A DNA stretch of 64,000 bases from Entomortierella parvispora E1425 (GCA_020891255.1 BQFW01000002.1:3410001-3474000); one strand, 5' to 3'. Numbered from the stretch's first letter, positions 1-14,278 are shown. Numbers and translations: made by a program. The notes: generated by a model not told the origin, from the sequence alone.

Positions 1-34
1 AGAGTCGACTTACTTTCTCATTCGTTCACTTTAG

Positions 35-1442
35 CCGCTGCTTGGAGCTTTGGAACAAGAACTTTTTGTCCACTGAAGTCGGATCCCACCAAAATTGCAT
101 GCATGTACACGAAGAACGGTAAGAAAGCTCTTTTTTTTTTAAAAAAAAGGCGGACAAGTCTCCATACTGACCACAATTATTCTTCACGATAACTGATATT
201 GTACTTCAGGGTTCGATCATCTGGCCATCGTCGACTCCAAGGAGAGGACCCTGAACAATATCCCTACAGAATTCCAACACATCCCCGAAGTGTCCGCCTC
301 CAGAATAGGCGACGACGACGTCTTGATTGTGACCGCAGGAAGCTACATGATTCCATCTCAGACAATCGCCTATAACCTGCGTACTCATCAACATGACGTG
401 TTGCTACGGTCAAGCTCCGTTGAGGTTCCCAAGGACTACATCTCGAAGCCGGAACCGATCATCTTCAAAACTACTGGCGGCCATTGTAAGAGGCCAATGT
501 CTTTGGTGGTAACTGTACACCGCTCCTCGTTCTGACCTTGTTGTTTTTTCTATTATATAGCTGCCTATGCCCTCTATTATCCACCAACGAATGCTGAATA
601 CTCAGCTCCAGAGGGTACTCTGCCTCCGCTTCGTGTTATGTCTCATGGAGGTCCAACCGATCATTTTCCATGCGATCTGAACTGGAACATCAACTACAAC
701 ACGTCTCGCGGAATCGCCTGCGTTGCTGTCAACTACGGTGGTTCCACAGGATACGGACGCGAGTTCCGCAATCGACTCCGAACTCAATGGGGAGTTGTGG
801 ATGTAGATGACTGCTGCAACGCAGCCAAATTCTTGGTCGAGAGAGGAGATGTTGACAAGGAGAAGCTGGCCATCGTTGGAGGCAGTGCTGGAGGCTATTC
901 TACCTTGGCATGCGTGGCTTTCAGGGATGTTTTCAAAGCTGGTGTGAGTCATTTTGGTATTGGTGAGCTGGAGACCTTTGTAAAAGACACACACAAGTTT
1001 GAGTTGAAGTACACCTTCAGTCTTCTAGGACCTTATCCGGAGGCCAGAGACCTCTATTTGGAGCGGTCACCATTGTACTCGGCGGACAAAATCAGCTGTC
1101 CTTGCGCGTTCTTCCAGGGGCTGGAAGACAAAATTGTTCCTCCCAACCAGGCTGAGAAAATGGTGGAGGCGGTGGAAAAACGTGGATTGCCCGTGGCTTA
1201 CATCACGTTTGAGGGAGAGGGCCATGGTAAGGAGATCAGTTATTATTTTCCCCTTTCTTTCGGACTTCGCTTTACTGACCATGACCGTATTATAACAATG
1301 GTTTTTAATAGGTTTCGTGAAACCCGAGAACGTGCGCATGCAATTGCAGGGCGAGATTTCGTTCCTTGGACGTATCTTTGGTTTCACTCCCTTTGATGCT
1401 GTCCCGATTGACATTATCAACGAAGATGCCATTGGCAAATAA
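35..1442 (+). CDS. Peptidase family S9 (dipeptidyl aminopeptidase/acylaminoacyl peptidase-like), 3' part; 5' end lies outside the window
   Basis: Spliced exons give [25 protein letters not shown], nucleophile motif [16 protein letters not shown] (Asp) and EGEGHG (His). An intron from about 1227 to 1309 joins to [25 protein letters not shown]...IGK, stop TAA at 1440-1442. Confidence 0.9.
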
Positions 1443-1858
1443 CAAATCACAGACTAGGTAGTCGTACGATCAGTCCCAAATACAGCAATCCAAAGTGAAC
1501 TATGGAACCATGGCAACACGTCCTATGTGCAGATATGTTAATATCATACTCCGAACGGACCAGGCTGAACTGAGCCGATGTTTGAGTGGGGGGTTGAGGG
1601 TTGGACGAGAAATTTCTCATTGTCAATCTCGGAGCGGACAAAAAAAAAAAAAAAAAAAAATGAAGATCCATGCCTTGGTCCGTGTAATAACACTTACTGA
1701 CACGTCCGGCAATGGCCTGTCTTTGGATGCGTCCTGGTTGGACGTCTCGTTTTATGAAAATGCTGGTGTATATGTTTATGTTTGGACGTAACGTAATCTA
1801 CAATGATGAACTTTTCCTTCCTTCACTTCAAACCATTCCTCGTTGCTGATTTGTTTTC

Positions 1859-3877
1859 TTAGATGGACTTTGAATCCTTCAAGGACTGGATCTTGTCGCC
1901 GTCGTATCCCAAGACATCCTTCAACACCTCGTCTGTGTGCTGGCCCAGCAATGGTGGTGGGGTCCTGATAGATGGCTTGGTGTGCGAGTATTTGACAGGC
2001 GTTCCGCACAGCTTGATCTTTCCTGCCTTTGGATGCTCAATCTCGTGGACCATGCCTCTTGCCAACACTTGGGGATGGCTGAATGTCTGAGCAATGTTGT
2101 TGATTGGCGCGAATGGTACACCCTTGCCCTCCAAAGCCCTCAGCCAGAACTTGTTGTTCTCAGACTTCAAACGGTTAGTCAGGATCCTGATCAGCTCATC
2201 GCGGTTTTCCACTCTGTCCCTGTTGGTCCTGAACTTTGGGTTATCACTCAACGAATCCAACTGCATGACTTTGCACAGTGTCCGGAACTGCCCGTCGTTG
2301 CCGGCACCGATCATGATGTGGGAATCACGGGTCTGGAGGACCTGGTAGGGCACAATTGAAGGGTGGGCGGTACCCATTCGCTTGGCTTCCTGACCAGCAA
2401 TGAGGTAACTGGAGCCAATGTTGGCCAACGTCGCGACCTGAGACTCGAGCAGAGAGCAGTCGACATGTTGACCGAGTCCAGTTCTGTTGCGTGCAAACAG
2501 CGCGGCCAAGATACCACCATGGGCGTACAAGCCAGTGGTCAGATCTGTGGTAAAGAGGATACGTCACAGAAGTATCAAGAAGAGGAAAATTAAGGTGGTT
2601 TAGTTCGTAGCACAGGGGAAAGGGAGGTCCTTGAATTCCTAGGATCATCGTCCGGCTTACCTGTAACGGCGACACCGACCTTGACAGGGGGACCATGCTC
2701 CTCTCCTGTGATATACATCAGTCCGGCCTCGGCTTCGATCATGACATCGTATCCAGGCCTAGACGAGTAGGGTCCTGTTTGTCCATAACCTACATACGAC
2801 GGTGCAAAGAGAGGAGTTAGCAAAAGCAATGCTTTGCCCTCTTCGGCGTCCTAGCCAACCCAAGATGAACATCCATCCACGTGGGGTCCTTACCAGTAAT
2901 AGAGGCATAGATCAATCGGGGGTTGATAGCGCTCAGCTCTTCATACCCGAGTCCCATCTCTGCCAGCTTTCCGGGGACGTAGTTCTCGACGAGGACATCG
3001 ACCTTCTTGACCATATCATGGATCAGGGCCTTGCCGGCTTCGGATCGGATATTGACAGTGATAGACTTCTTGTTCCTGTTCACGCTCAAAAAGTAGGCAC
3101 TCTCATGGACGGGGTCCTCCTGATCCACAGTGTTGATAGCAAAGGGTGGACCCCATGCGCGGGTGTCGTCTCCTCCTTTGGGGTTCTCGATCTTGATCAC
3201 CTCTGCACTGTTGTCCAGAAAGAAAGAAAAAAAAAGAGTCAGCGACGCAGAACTGTAGGAATGAAGGTGTCGATCGCAGAGTCATCAGGAGTCTCCTAGA
3301 GTCTCTTCTACTGATCGTGAAGAATAAAAGAGTTCCTTCACTCACCCAAGGTCGCCCAACAGCTGTGTGCAGTATGGTCCAGCTAGGATGAAGAAGCAAA
3401 GAGCGTAGGATGGTCCAGAGTCAGTGTTTTTTTTTCTTGCGTGAGAATTTTTTGCCAGAAAAAAAATTTTTTTTCCTAGGCGTGCAGGAAGGGCCGTAGG
3501 ACAGACGGAACCTTGTCCGCAGAAGGACAGGAGGAGCTGAAGAGAGGCAAAGGCGTCTTACCAAGGACACGCGTCAAGTCCAAAACACGGATCCCGTGAA
3601 GGGGACCAGGTTCAGGTGTGGCGACCTTCGTGGCAGGATCAGCTGTGGTCGTGTCCACGACGGTAGGCTCGCGTTTCACGTCAGAGACACCTCCAGGCAC
3701 CTGAGTCGAGAAAGCGCGGCCGGCGAAGGACTTTCTTGACGAAACAAGAGTGCACTCTTGTCTCAACAGTGCCGTGGCCGACAACAGTGGTGCTCTTTGA
3801 TGAGGAGTGTGGGTCTTGGACGCGGCTCCGGCCACAAGAGTCGAAAGACGACGCGACTGATTCCTAAAGGACTGCAT
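1859..3877 (-). CDS. CoA-transferase family III (CaiB/BaiF; SUGCT-like), probable mitochondrial presequence
   Basis: Exons encode [90 protein letters not shown] and [15 protein letters not shown] at 3877 starts an Arg/Ser-rich N-terminus ([14 protein letters not shown]). Confidence 0.92.
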
Positions 3878-4048
3878 CTGATGAAGGAAAACTTGAGATC
3901 TGAAGAAAGAAAAGTGCGTGATGAGGGGCAATGAGACCGTGAAATGAGTAGCAGGATGCAAGCTCAAGGTAGATGAGGAACTGGAGAGTGGAGAGAGGGT
4001 GAATGAGGAGACGCGATGGACTCTAGGAATGCCTGATTCGTGGTGGCC

Positions 4049-4055
4049 TTTTATA
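4049..4055 (-). promoter_or_regulatory. TATA box (TATAAAA) of the CoA-transferase gene
   Basis: ttttata on the + strand, about 170 bp upstream of ATG 3877. Confidence 0.45.
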
Positions 4056-6327
4056 CCGTGCTCCAACTCAGCACCTCGTTGCCCTTTCATAAGCCAGCCT
4101 TCAGAGTGCTGTAAGGGAGTCAGGGCAACCCACTTGGCCCGCCGTCTGTCTTCCTACGGAGAGTGAAAACAGCAATGAAAGGAAGACAAGAGTACTCAGT
4201 CCGTAGGTTGTTCGCGTAGTCTGCAGCCGACAGGGAGTGACTATTGGGTTCTTTGTGCTCGGAGCCGAGACAAAAGAGACAATAGACCACGATCAAGTCA
4301 GTCGTGCGTGAGCCACGACAGAGAACAGGGCGAATATGATGCGATATCGTGCTGGCTGCAAGACAAGCGCTGTAGGCGTCTTTCTCTGTCTCTGCATCTC
4401 TCTACGAAAAAGACAAAAAAAAGAACCTTCTCCCCTCGCATTGGCTCAACATGTGCCCAACCCAGGTCAACTTGCGTGGGAGGGTATTATTTTCTCTCGC
4501 TGTTGGGTCGATATCGAAAGCCCCTTCATAAGCGGATATCCATTCCATTGGCTAGAAGACGCGCTCAAAAACAATTGACTGACCCTTTCTGGTCCAGATA
4601 GGACATCGTCTACGTCCTCAATGGCATTTTTACGTGGTGACGGGACAAAAAAAAATATTCAGAGGCAGCGGCATGCACACCACAGATGAAATTGCGTCAA
4701 AGCAGGGGGGTTGGGTCGGGTCATGGACCTTTAGCCAGTCTGATGCAACACAGCAGGAAGGGAAGGGGGTTTTTTTCAGGTTGAGAGCATTCTTATTTCA
4801 TCCAGACAGAGATTGAATTGGGTGAGGAGGGTCCTACTCTATTTTAATTTCCATGCCCGACACGCACTTGGTCCATCGATACATGCTTGCTTGCGCCAGT
4901 GAGCCACTCTGATGTGGCAAGCAACCCCTCATGTTTGTTCTCCTCCCTCCTTGTGACGGAAGGCGCCGTTGTGCCATCTTCTTCAACAGACACTTTTTCT
5001 TTCGCCACCGCGTTATATTCTTTTAGACTGCAAGTACCGAGAATCAAGGATTAAAGACTTTCCGGACGATGATGATCATCGAGAACACAGCATGTGCGGT
5101 TCAGACAAACGTGTAGCAATAGTGGATAATCTGCAGATGGTGTAACAAACGGCGGACCAAAATGACGGATTGTGGATGTCCTTACTTTTCGCATTCTTTC
5201 CTTCTGTTTCCCTCCGCTTCGATCATTAAAAATGTTGCTAAGGAGAAGCGGTAGTCGCAGTCAGACTCACTTTGATTGTCGACTCCCCTCGTCTACCTTG
5301 TGAAAAGAAGAACTTTTCATGTGAGTTGTTGGTAGAGGGCAACGGAGGAAAAGTTAATGTTGCCATTGACCCCCTTCCATCTTTGTGTCCTTTCAAATAC
5401 TCTTCCCTCGGAGCTATTGATTTCGGACGACAGCCTCTCCCAAGTCTTGAGAGATTGCCTTACCCATTATCTAGCGATAAAGAAAAACAAACAACGAGTG
5501 GCGAGGGATGGTGTCCTTTATTTTCATCTCCGCCCTCCCGAAATGTTGCCATGTCCTGCTGGTCTGCTGGTCGAGTTTGGCGTAATAATACGCTTTTGGT
5601 CCTGTCGAGTGCTCGTGCCCTCCTTCCTCTACCATCAACCATTTTGCCCCCGTGCCATCGGTAAATAAGCAGGAATGAACTTGTCCTCCAAGGTGGTGCT
5701 AAGAATGACAAACGAGAGACAGCTACTGCGATGGAGTCTACTAGACTGTACTGACAGAGTAGATCCACCAGAGACATGCATAGACCTAACGGCACAATCG
5801 GTATAAAGTGAACAATAACGTGTTCTTCTATCGCAAGGTACCTGGAGCATTGAGAGAAAAAAAAAGTGAAAACGCGCTTTTTGATCCGGAGTTGTCTGCA
5901 CTTTCCCACGCCTCTCCGACACTTTTTTTTTTTGTGAAGTCCGCTGGTTCTCCAACCGGCGATGAGCCTGCTGGCGGAAAAAGACCATCGCTATTTGTCT
6001 TTGAACTGACTGGCCTTGAAGAATGGAAGACTTGACGTCTCAGACAGAGTCAGGCATACGACGGGATAATGCTTGTCGAGATAACGGCATAGCAATTGGT
6101 TTATTTTTATTCATAATCATTCATTTTTTTGGGTGAGTAGGTCCTGTTTGCTTCCCTTCCTTTTTTGTCAAAAGCGATAGTATACAACAATTACGAGAGG
6201 AAAGAGATATAAAGGTGTTAAAGAGAAACAATAGGCGATAAAAGGGTAGGAGCTATATAGGTATGTGGGGAAGAGGTGTGTGTGGGGGAGAGAGAGAAAA
6301 GAGAGGGAGGGACAAAAATCATCATCA

Positions 6328-9300
6328 TCAGTGGGATTGTTGAGGATGCTCCATTCTGGCGATGGTCGCCCGACGCTTGCGTGAAAAGTAATCCACCGTT
6401 CGATCGTCAGGTTGGATCTGCAGAGCAACGATGGAAGCATCCGAGGGTGTCAGCGGTCCAGAGTTGCGACGTTTCTCACCGCGAAGCAGTGTTGGCATGG
6501 CAGCATCAGAGGAGCCAGCGGCAGAGGCATTGGTGATGCTTTGACGCAAGGGTGACTGAGGGCTACTGCGAGGTTGAAACTGCGACTGCGATTGAGACGA
6601 GTGCTGCGAATAAGAATGGGAAGAATGTGGGTGAGGGTGCTCAGGGTGGTAGGGTTGGTGATGGTATCGAGGTTCCTGCGGATGGTGATGCAAAGGTGCA
6701 TTGTTGCGAGGAGAAGAAGACGACGTTGAAGGATGATCCAAGGCTATTTCGCCTCGGGTCGGGCGATGGCTATCATGGCTGACAGTCCGACGGCGTTCCG
6801 AAGTCAAAGTTGCATTGTTCTGCTGTTGCTGCTGCTGGTAGTGCTGTTCCTCCCTCGCCCTCTCCTGTGCCATGGATCCACGTCGCCGACGTTCTAGGTT
6901 AGAGGTACCTCCATTGCCATTATGGTTTGAGACAGCAATGTCCATAGCCTCTGTTCTAGCTTTCACACTCTGCCGCTTGTTCTGGAACCAAATCTGAACC
7001 GTACGTGGGCACATGTTGGTCAACTTTGACAATCGATGACGTTCCTCGGTGGAGGGGAAGTAGGAACGCTCAAAGGCCGCGTTCAGGACCGACAGTTGTT
7101 CCGGGTTGGCTCTCTTGCGCTTGGCTTTGACCCCATCATCTGGTACAAAGGGATCCACATCCTGACCGCCTACACCGCGGTCACGCTTGCCAAGCGCACT
7201 GCTCCAGATCGGCTTGGACGCGTTTTCACTCTTGGGGCTGACTTCTTTGGGAGAAGTCACTCCAGAGGATGAAGCACCCATATCGAATGGATGGACAGAG
7301 TGACTCACAGAAGCCCTTGTAGTCGATTCTGTTGCCGTCGAAGCTGTCATATCCTGACCAACTGCACCACTGGGTCTTCTGTTGCCTGTCCCGACTGAAG
7401 CCAGGGATCCGGTACCATATGCTCGGGATTGTTGATCGGACGAATCCAAAGATGCCTCAGGTCGGGACACACCTCCATACTCAGATTCTCGTCGAGGAAG
7501 AGCAGATGATGACGATGAATATGAGGGCCGACGCTGTTGTTGTCCTTGAGGGTGTTTCAAAGGAACAGCGTGAGCGTAATGTTGATACCAGCTTGGTGGC
7601 TGAGGGTCAGACGTTGGCGAGTAACCAGAGGGATCTCCAATTGACTGCCGGGATCGATCGCTGGGGCGAGAATAAGATGAATCTCGTGTCCAACTACCAC
7701 GAGGCCCACTATCGCGTCGGTCATCTTCATAGGCCGCCTGTGCCTGTGAGGGCCGTCGTTCGTACGAGTCCTGGTGACTGTATGAATACGGTGCCGTGGG
7801 TCGCTGTGAGAACTCTGGAGGTTCCCGTTCATCGGGGATGTTGTGCAGTGGTCGAGAACCAAATGCCGCAGAAGGAGCCAGGGGCGGTGGCAAAGGAGCA
7901 TCTGCCGCATCCAGACCATAGACTCGCTTGGGTGGCGCCGCAAGCGCAAAGTTCTAGCAGGCACGAAAAGTCGATGTGTGTCAGCTTGATGCACGTGATC
8001 AATCGGAAAAGTGGGTGGCTGACATGACAGGTTAGAACGTTCGTTACCTCGGAAGGGTGGGGAGAAGGCAGTACGGATCCATGGCTGGGTCGTCGATGTT
8101 CACTTTGGAAAGATCCACGGGCGGTATGCGACTGATAAAGTGGACTGCCCACCATTCGAGTGGACTCTGATGGACGCTCCCGATCATAGTACAATGAGGG
8201 CGGGGAGTGCATGGCAGACATAGGAGGCGAGCGGGGGCTCTGATATTCTTGTGGATGTGATGGGTGGTGAGGTTGAATGGATGGTCGCGTGCCAGAGAGA
8301 AGGGGGGCATGCTCCTGGGTCGGGGATGCATCCAAATAAGGCCCATAGTTTTGTTGGTGTAAGGCATAGTCTCGCCTAGACTGCTCTGTGCGCCGCTGCT
8401 CAAGAGATGGGGCCTGGTCCCGGACTGGAGGGTAGGGATATGACTCCCCATGGTAAGGAATGACGGACATTGATGCAGACCTTTGGGTACCTGCAGGTCC
8501 ACCTGCCGGTCTGGTCGCAAAATGTGATACAGAGTAAGAGTGGGTGCTCCGTTGTGTCGATGATAGTGGTTCTCCGGTCATGGTCTGCTCACGATTATAG
8601 CCAAAGTCAGCTCGGCCATAATCCGACGGTCTGCGCTGTTGGCCGTGCTCCTGATAAGGTGGAGGTGGAGGAGTGAATCGGTCTAAGGGACCTGGCTCTC
8701 GCGTCGGATATGAGTACTGTCTCTGGTGAGAAGATGTTGACGCGATCTCGTGGTGACCAGCGTGGTATGCAGGAGACTCACCAAAGCTCTGGCCTGATCT
8801 AGATGATGGCGAGGGCGTAGGTGCACCAGATGTTGGCCGCCATGGTTGTTGGTGCGACCAAGAGGGCTCAGGTGAAGAACGCTGGTGGTCCAGTGTGGTT
8901 GTCTCCTGTTGCGAATGGCGTCTATTATTGTGGTTGTGTTCATAGTGTTTGGGTGGAGGCACATTCTCCTGCACTGCTCTTGGGTCCACATTCTTCTGCA
9001 CGGCTCTTGGGTCGTTTGGGTGCGCGCGACTGTCCCACGGTGCAGGGGTAGATGTGGCAGTGGTCGTGGAGGGAGGGGGCGAAACTGCATCCACGGCGCA
9101 AAGGAGGTTCGAGATGTGAATCCGAGAGTGGGTCGACTGCTGCCTGTGCTTGAAAGTTCCGTGGTCGACGGTCTCGTCTGAATTCTCTTTCGTCTCCCCT
9201 ACGACCATCTTGTCTCCCGAGGAAAAAGGTTCCAGTGTCCTGACTGGCGGGCTGGGAGTGCGATGGAGAGGAGGATGGGGACTACTTCGTCGAATAGCTT

Positions 9301-9589
9301 GGCCCTTGATCGGAAATGAGTCGAAGGAAGAATCTGGGGTGGGTTTGTATGATAACTGAGGAGATTTTGCCATGCAGTTAGACTCTATACCACACCAGTC
9401 AAACGTTGGTGAGTGAGCGACGTTGTGACCACCGGCACCAGGACTTTGGGCACGGGGCGATGGGATAAAAGATGGAGTAGGTGAGAGTGGAGAAGAGGGT
9501 TTTGGAGAAGTCTTGAGCGAAGGGCGAGCGAATGGAGATGCGGTCGTGGGGTGGGTTGAGGTCCGAGGGAGCGTTTGGGCTCTAAGCAT
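6328..9589 (-). CDS. Large (about 1055 aa) low-complexity homeodomain transcription factor, Yox1/Yhp1-like homeobox
   Basis: ORFs 7829-9589 and 6328-7893 join in frame through a GT-AG intron at 7954-8047 (HPSE|NFALAAPPKRVYG). Homeodomain KRKRANPEQLSVLNAAFERSYFPSTEERHRLSKLTNMCPRTVQIWFQNKRQSVK; the WFQNKRQxVK end resembles yeast Yox1. Start codon uncertain. Confidence 0.85.
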
Positions 9590-12500
9590 TTATCTGACCG
9601 GCGGGTGTTGCAGATCTGGGACAGGGGATCGATATGAAGCAATTGCTCGGTCGAGGACTAGAAAGAAAGAGGGTGAAAGAGAGCAAATGTTGTCAGGAGG
9701 AGCCAAAGGATGACCTTGAAGTCATGGCGACAATCATGACATGGAAAGAGAGACAAAACAAGGCCGAGAACCACGGTCCGTTGTGTGAAAGGGGAAGGGG
9801 AGGAAAGGAGAAGGAAAAACAAGATGACAAGGATATGATCCCTGATATGAACTAGCTGACAAGCATGGGTAATGAATATTCTGCAGGAATAGGGAGTTCC
9901 TTTCATCATAGTCCGCCGTCCCCTCTTGCTCTCCCTCTGTTTTCATGTTTTGTTTGCTTGGCTTGTGCAGAAGATGTGGGATGAGGATGACGATCGACCC
10001 CCCTACTTTGCCCATTTGCTCTTTCGTTATGTGATTGTTGCCTTTTTGATACTTGCATTGCGCGGCTTTGCTCGCCACTGTATCTTCACCACCCCCTGCC
10101 AATTCCCAGGTGGGGCAAAGGAAAAGAGAAAATACGAAAAGTTGAGGAAAAGGGGAGAGGGCAAAAGGAAGAGGAGGGAAAAGGAAAGAAAGGAAAGGGA
10201 GATCATGCCATTGCTACTGCTTCATATGCACCAGAAGGGTGTGTAGGTGTAGAGAGGAGCAAGAGCAGTGCAGCTGCACCTATTCTATATGCAGTATTTT
10301 CATTATCTGCTTACCTTTTAGTTCACAGGAAAGGAGGGACTTCCCGAGGAGGTAAGTTGGTGCAGGACCAGATGCAGGACAGTGTTTTTTGATAAATGTT
10401 ATATGCCCGAGGTGCAGAAATGAATGATATGAGGATCAAGGGGCTAGGATAACAAACCAAAACGATGTGTGATGGCAGCAAGGAAGTCAGCAGAGCAGAT
10501 ATGTATGAAAGAGGAGAAGTGCTGCCTCGAGATGCATGAATTGGGGAAATGAAAAAGCGACTGCAAGAAAAGCAGAAATGAAAATACCAAAAGAGAGCAG
10601 AAGACAGCGAGAGAAAGCGAGCGGAGTGAACAAGTCGACCTGCTCGGATATTTGACGCTTGAAGGGCCGTGATCTCGCTGATGGGGACGATGATGGAGTG
10701 TTGCTGCTGCTGTGACGACCTGACTAGCCGATTGTCCGGGATGATGGAAGCAACGACGACAATGGTCTGAAGGTGGTGATCAATGACAAGAAACAGCTGC
10801 CACTTTTTTTTTGAGGATGACAAGAGGAGGGGCTGCGTTGGTGCTACAAAGGGGGATTTTTTTTTGACTCTGAAAGATAAAAAAAGTGCGGCAGGGTGCT
10901 CCAGAGAGTTGAAGAGGAGTGGCTGCTAGCACGAAAACTTTTGCTGTGGCTGTGATATCGGGGTCGCTTGGTCAAGGATTCTTGGTGAGAAGATGGAATG
11001 ATCGACAGAAGGAAGGGAGCTGGAAGTGAAGAAAAGGAGTGCGAGGAGTCCGAAGGTGACGATAACAAAAAATGGAGGGAAAACCAGCAGAGGGGGAGCG
11101 ATGATGGAGGGAAAAGAGAAATGAAATGAAAGAGACAAAAGGGGGGAGGGGAAGAAGGGGAGGGAAGGACACGGACGAGGCGAGAGGGCAGAGTCTGTCC
11201 ACTGGAGACACAACGGCTGCTGATGCAAAATGTTGAACTCAATAAGCCATGGCCCATGGCCCATGGTCCGGAGACTCGAGTCGACCCATTGCACCGATTG
11301 CTTCCAGAGAGGGAAAAGCGAGAGCAAGAGAACGAACTTCATTGTTGTTTTTGCATGAACACCAGAGATGCACAAATGAAAGAGCGATGTGTTCTTCCTC
11401 CCCTGGTCCTCCTTCCCCTGAACGCAAATTAATTCTTTTAGGCCATTCACGCACGGGTGAGGCAACCACCTTCACCCTCTTCTCTCTTTTTTCAGCCCTG
11501 TTGGCTTGGCTTGCTCTTTGAGTCGAACCAATGTGTGACCAGGATACTGCAATGCAATGCAAACCACATTGCAAACTTGTGTGTTTGTGTGCGACTTGCC
11601 GCTGAACACAAGAAAAAACAAAAACTCATTCACGCTTGGACACCAAAGTTTGCAAATGACATTGCATTACTCTTGCCTCTCCCGATGATCGATCGTCGTC
11701 ATCATGGTCGTGGAGCAAGGAGCCAGATGCGACGCAACATTATTAAAAAAAGTTGATTGGGAAGCACAAGGCATTCGCTCGTTGTTGCACATGGTTGCGA
11801 CTGTCGTAGTTCTCGTAGACTTGGTCTGGGTCAGGGTCACGCTCTCGGCCAGGGCCAGGGTCAAGGTCCCTCCTCCTGCCCGTCTCCCCTTCCCTCTCCC
11901 CCTCCATTCCTCCATTCCTCCATTCCTCCACATACCGCGTGTTCACTCTGTGACCTCGATGCAAGATCCTGCCTTGCACAGTGTCCAAGATGGGTTCAAA
12001 GTGGTACAAGAAAACTACGAGAAAGCGCGTTTTCCAGACAGTCTTAATCCGATCATTTTTTTTGCTCCCTTTTTTTTTGTTCGTCAGCAGAGGTGAAAAT
12101 GAAAATAGTCCTTTCTCCTTCCATTCTCTGAAGATATGAAGTGCTCCATACCCCTCATTTATCCCTCGGACATCATTCATCCAGACTCGGGGTCTTTTTT
12201 TTTTTTTTTTGAATCAGTTGTTTATTTCTCGCGGGAAAGGGACTGAAAAAAAAAGAGTCCTGGACCCTCTCTACTCCTCAGAGTCAACCATGCTTCTGAC
12301 CCGAAACAATAAGCTTATCCGACGATGGTTCTTTTGGTACTTTAATGAATGTCAATGTCGCCGACAGTGCATATCCAACTAATTTACAAACGACGACCAC
12401 TTCCCACTCACTCCCGCCCTCTCTCTCTCTTTTTTCTCTCTCGGACGTTCTTAATCACCTGTGAAAATCCGCCGCGCTCCGCCGTGCTCTGCTCATGGTA

Positions 12501-14278
12501 ATCATTCTCGTCAGCCATCTCATTTCTTTTCGAGTCGACGGCTCTCATTTGTGTGCCCCTGAGTCGGGTTGTACCCACATCTTGGTCGCGTTGTTGTGGA
12601 GACCAATGCATGTTCTTGTATGCAATATACAACACAGAAAAACTGATGAGGCGGCGGGCAATCATCATCATCATCATCCTGCGGGTCTTGTGCTACCAAC
12701 CTCATCTCTTTTCTCTTTTCTCTTTCTGATGTGCCTATTTTTAATCCTTTCTCATCCCTTGGCTTTGAGCGTCCTGAAGTGCTCACCGATTGAGCATCAG
12801 TGCGCAATGCACGGCATGTTTGCCTTTGAGTGTTTACACCCGCTATTCTCTCTGTTTTTCATTCTTGGACTCAAAACCTGATGAACCAATGGATACATCA
12901 TTTGGATGGCAGAGGGAGGAAAAGGGAAGGGGACAGGCCTAGAGGAAATTATGGATGCAGTAAAAATCACCGGGTCTCCGGGCTTGTTGTATTTCCGCGT
13001 CCTTTTTTTTTTTTTTTTTTTTTTTTCGTCTTCTCTGTGAGGCCTCTCAGGCTTATCCAAGAACCTCCAGTCTTTTTCATCTTGGCTCGTTACAATACAC
13101 TTTTTTTTTTGTTGATGCCGGTTGTTTGCTCTGTGCGGTGCTTACCGAGTTGTGTGACACCCTTTGGTGCACCTCCGTCGCGCCCGGACGCGTTTTCCCC
13201 TCGTACACCTTGGAATTTTTTCTTTTTCTTTCAACATGAAACTTGTGCACAAAATAAGATGCAATATTGTCACCCTCCACCACCCCCTGGACAGGATGTA
13301 GAAGATTTTCCCGAAGGAGCTTGTTCTTGGTGGTTTAGCATGAACTAGTAAAGTAGAGTGGTTTTTTTTTGGGGGGGGGGGGGGGGTGAGGTAGAAGAGG
13401 GGTGAGAATGGTGCAAGAAAAAGATGGCACTCGGGGACACCCACAGCACCAAAATGGGCAGACGAACAAATGGAATCTCTTCCGCGGAAGAGAGTGGGCA
13501 CAAAGGGCGAAGATGATGTGACGTTGAGAGGAAAGGAACAACCTCACTCGTTTTTTTTTTTTTTTTTTTTTTGCGCCATCCTGCAGACTCTGCAGTTAAG
13601 GCCAAAGCCGCACGTCGCCAATTCGCCATTGTGTGCGTGCGTGTTGTTTTTCAACCAACTGTCAGAGCCAAGCAGGGACTTGAGTGCTCCCTAGTGCCCA
13701 AACTTTTTTTTGCTCTGCAATCGAATTAGTGCTGAGGCCCAGAGCAGCCGAAGCAAAGTCAATCCCAAGTACCTCTGAATAGAGATCGGCGTCCGTTCTA
13801 TCGGGGGTTTCATACAAGTTCAACACAGCCAGAGTCGAGTTGGTCTTGGACGCTTCTGGCAGCACCCGAGTTCCTTTGTGTGATCAGTTCGATTTTCAAG
13901 TCCAAGGTGGTCAAAAGCCAACCTGGCCCAGAGTTCTTACGACAGCGTCAGAGCTTCCTTGTCTCCAATCGAGTCGGCACTGCAGTGAACGGCGTCGATA
14001 ACAGGGCCGCCTGCCTTGGATTTGATTTGGCAAGTGTTTCATAGAACACACCATCCAGCATCGCGCTGACCCTAGCATCCTACATCCTCTCCTTTCCTCG
14101 TTTTGACACAAACCGTTAGACATACGATACACTCCCACAACAAATGTAGGTCACCGTGTCACTCAATTGGATCCTGCCCTGCTTTGCTTGTGTTGTTTAT
14201 TGTCAAGGCTGTTCACTGAAAACTCTGCTATAAGAGCATCCAGTTCATGGGGTATTTTCCCCCTTTGAAATGGATCGT

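Noticed and set aside
5357-5668. Possible small gene or F-box-like remnant (LPSELLI)
   Set aside because: TTG start, no supporting motif or splice pattern; cannot be supported without a search.
11515-11535. B-box-like GGTTCGACTC on the - strand
   Set aside because: No T-stem, no A box and none of the other family blocks; likely chance.
9600-13600. Numerous 60-180 aa ORFs in intergenic DNA (also 33000-35000, 41000-44400, 62400-63700)
   Set aside because: Translations are F/L/S- or K/R/E-rich products of CT/GA tracts and homopolymers; no domains or consistent exon chains.
13662-14138. Coding-like sequence downstream of TRP2
   Set aside because: Short GTG-started ORFs with nothing I recognise; may be UTR or decayed sequence.
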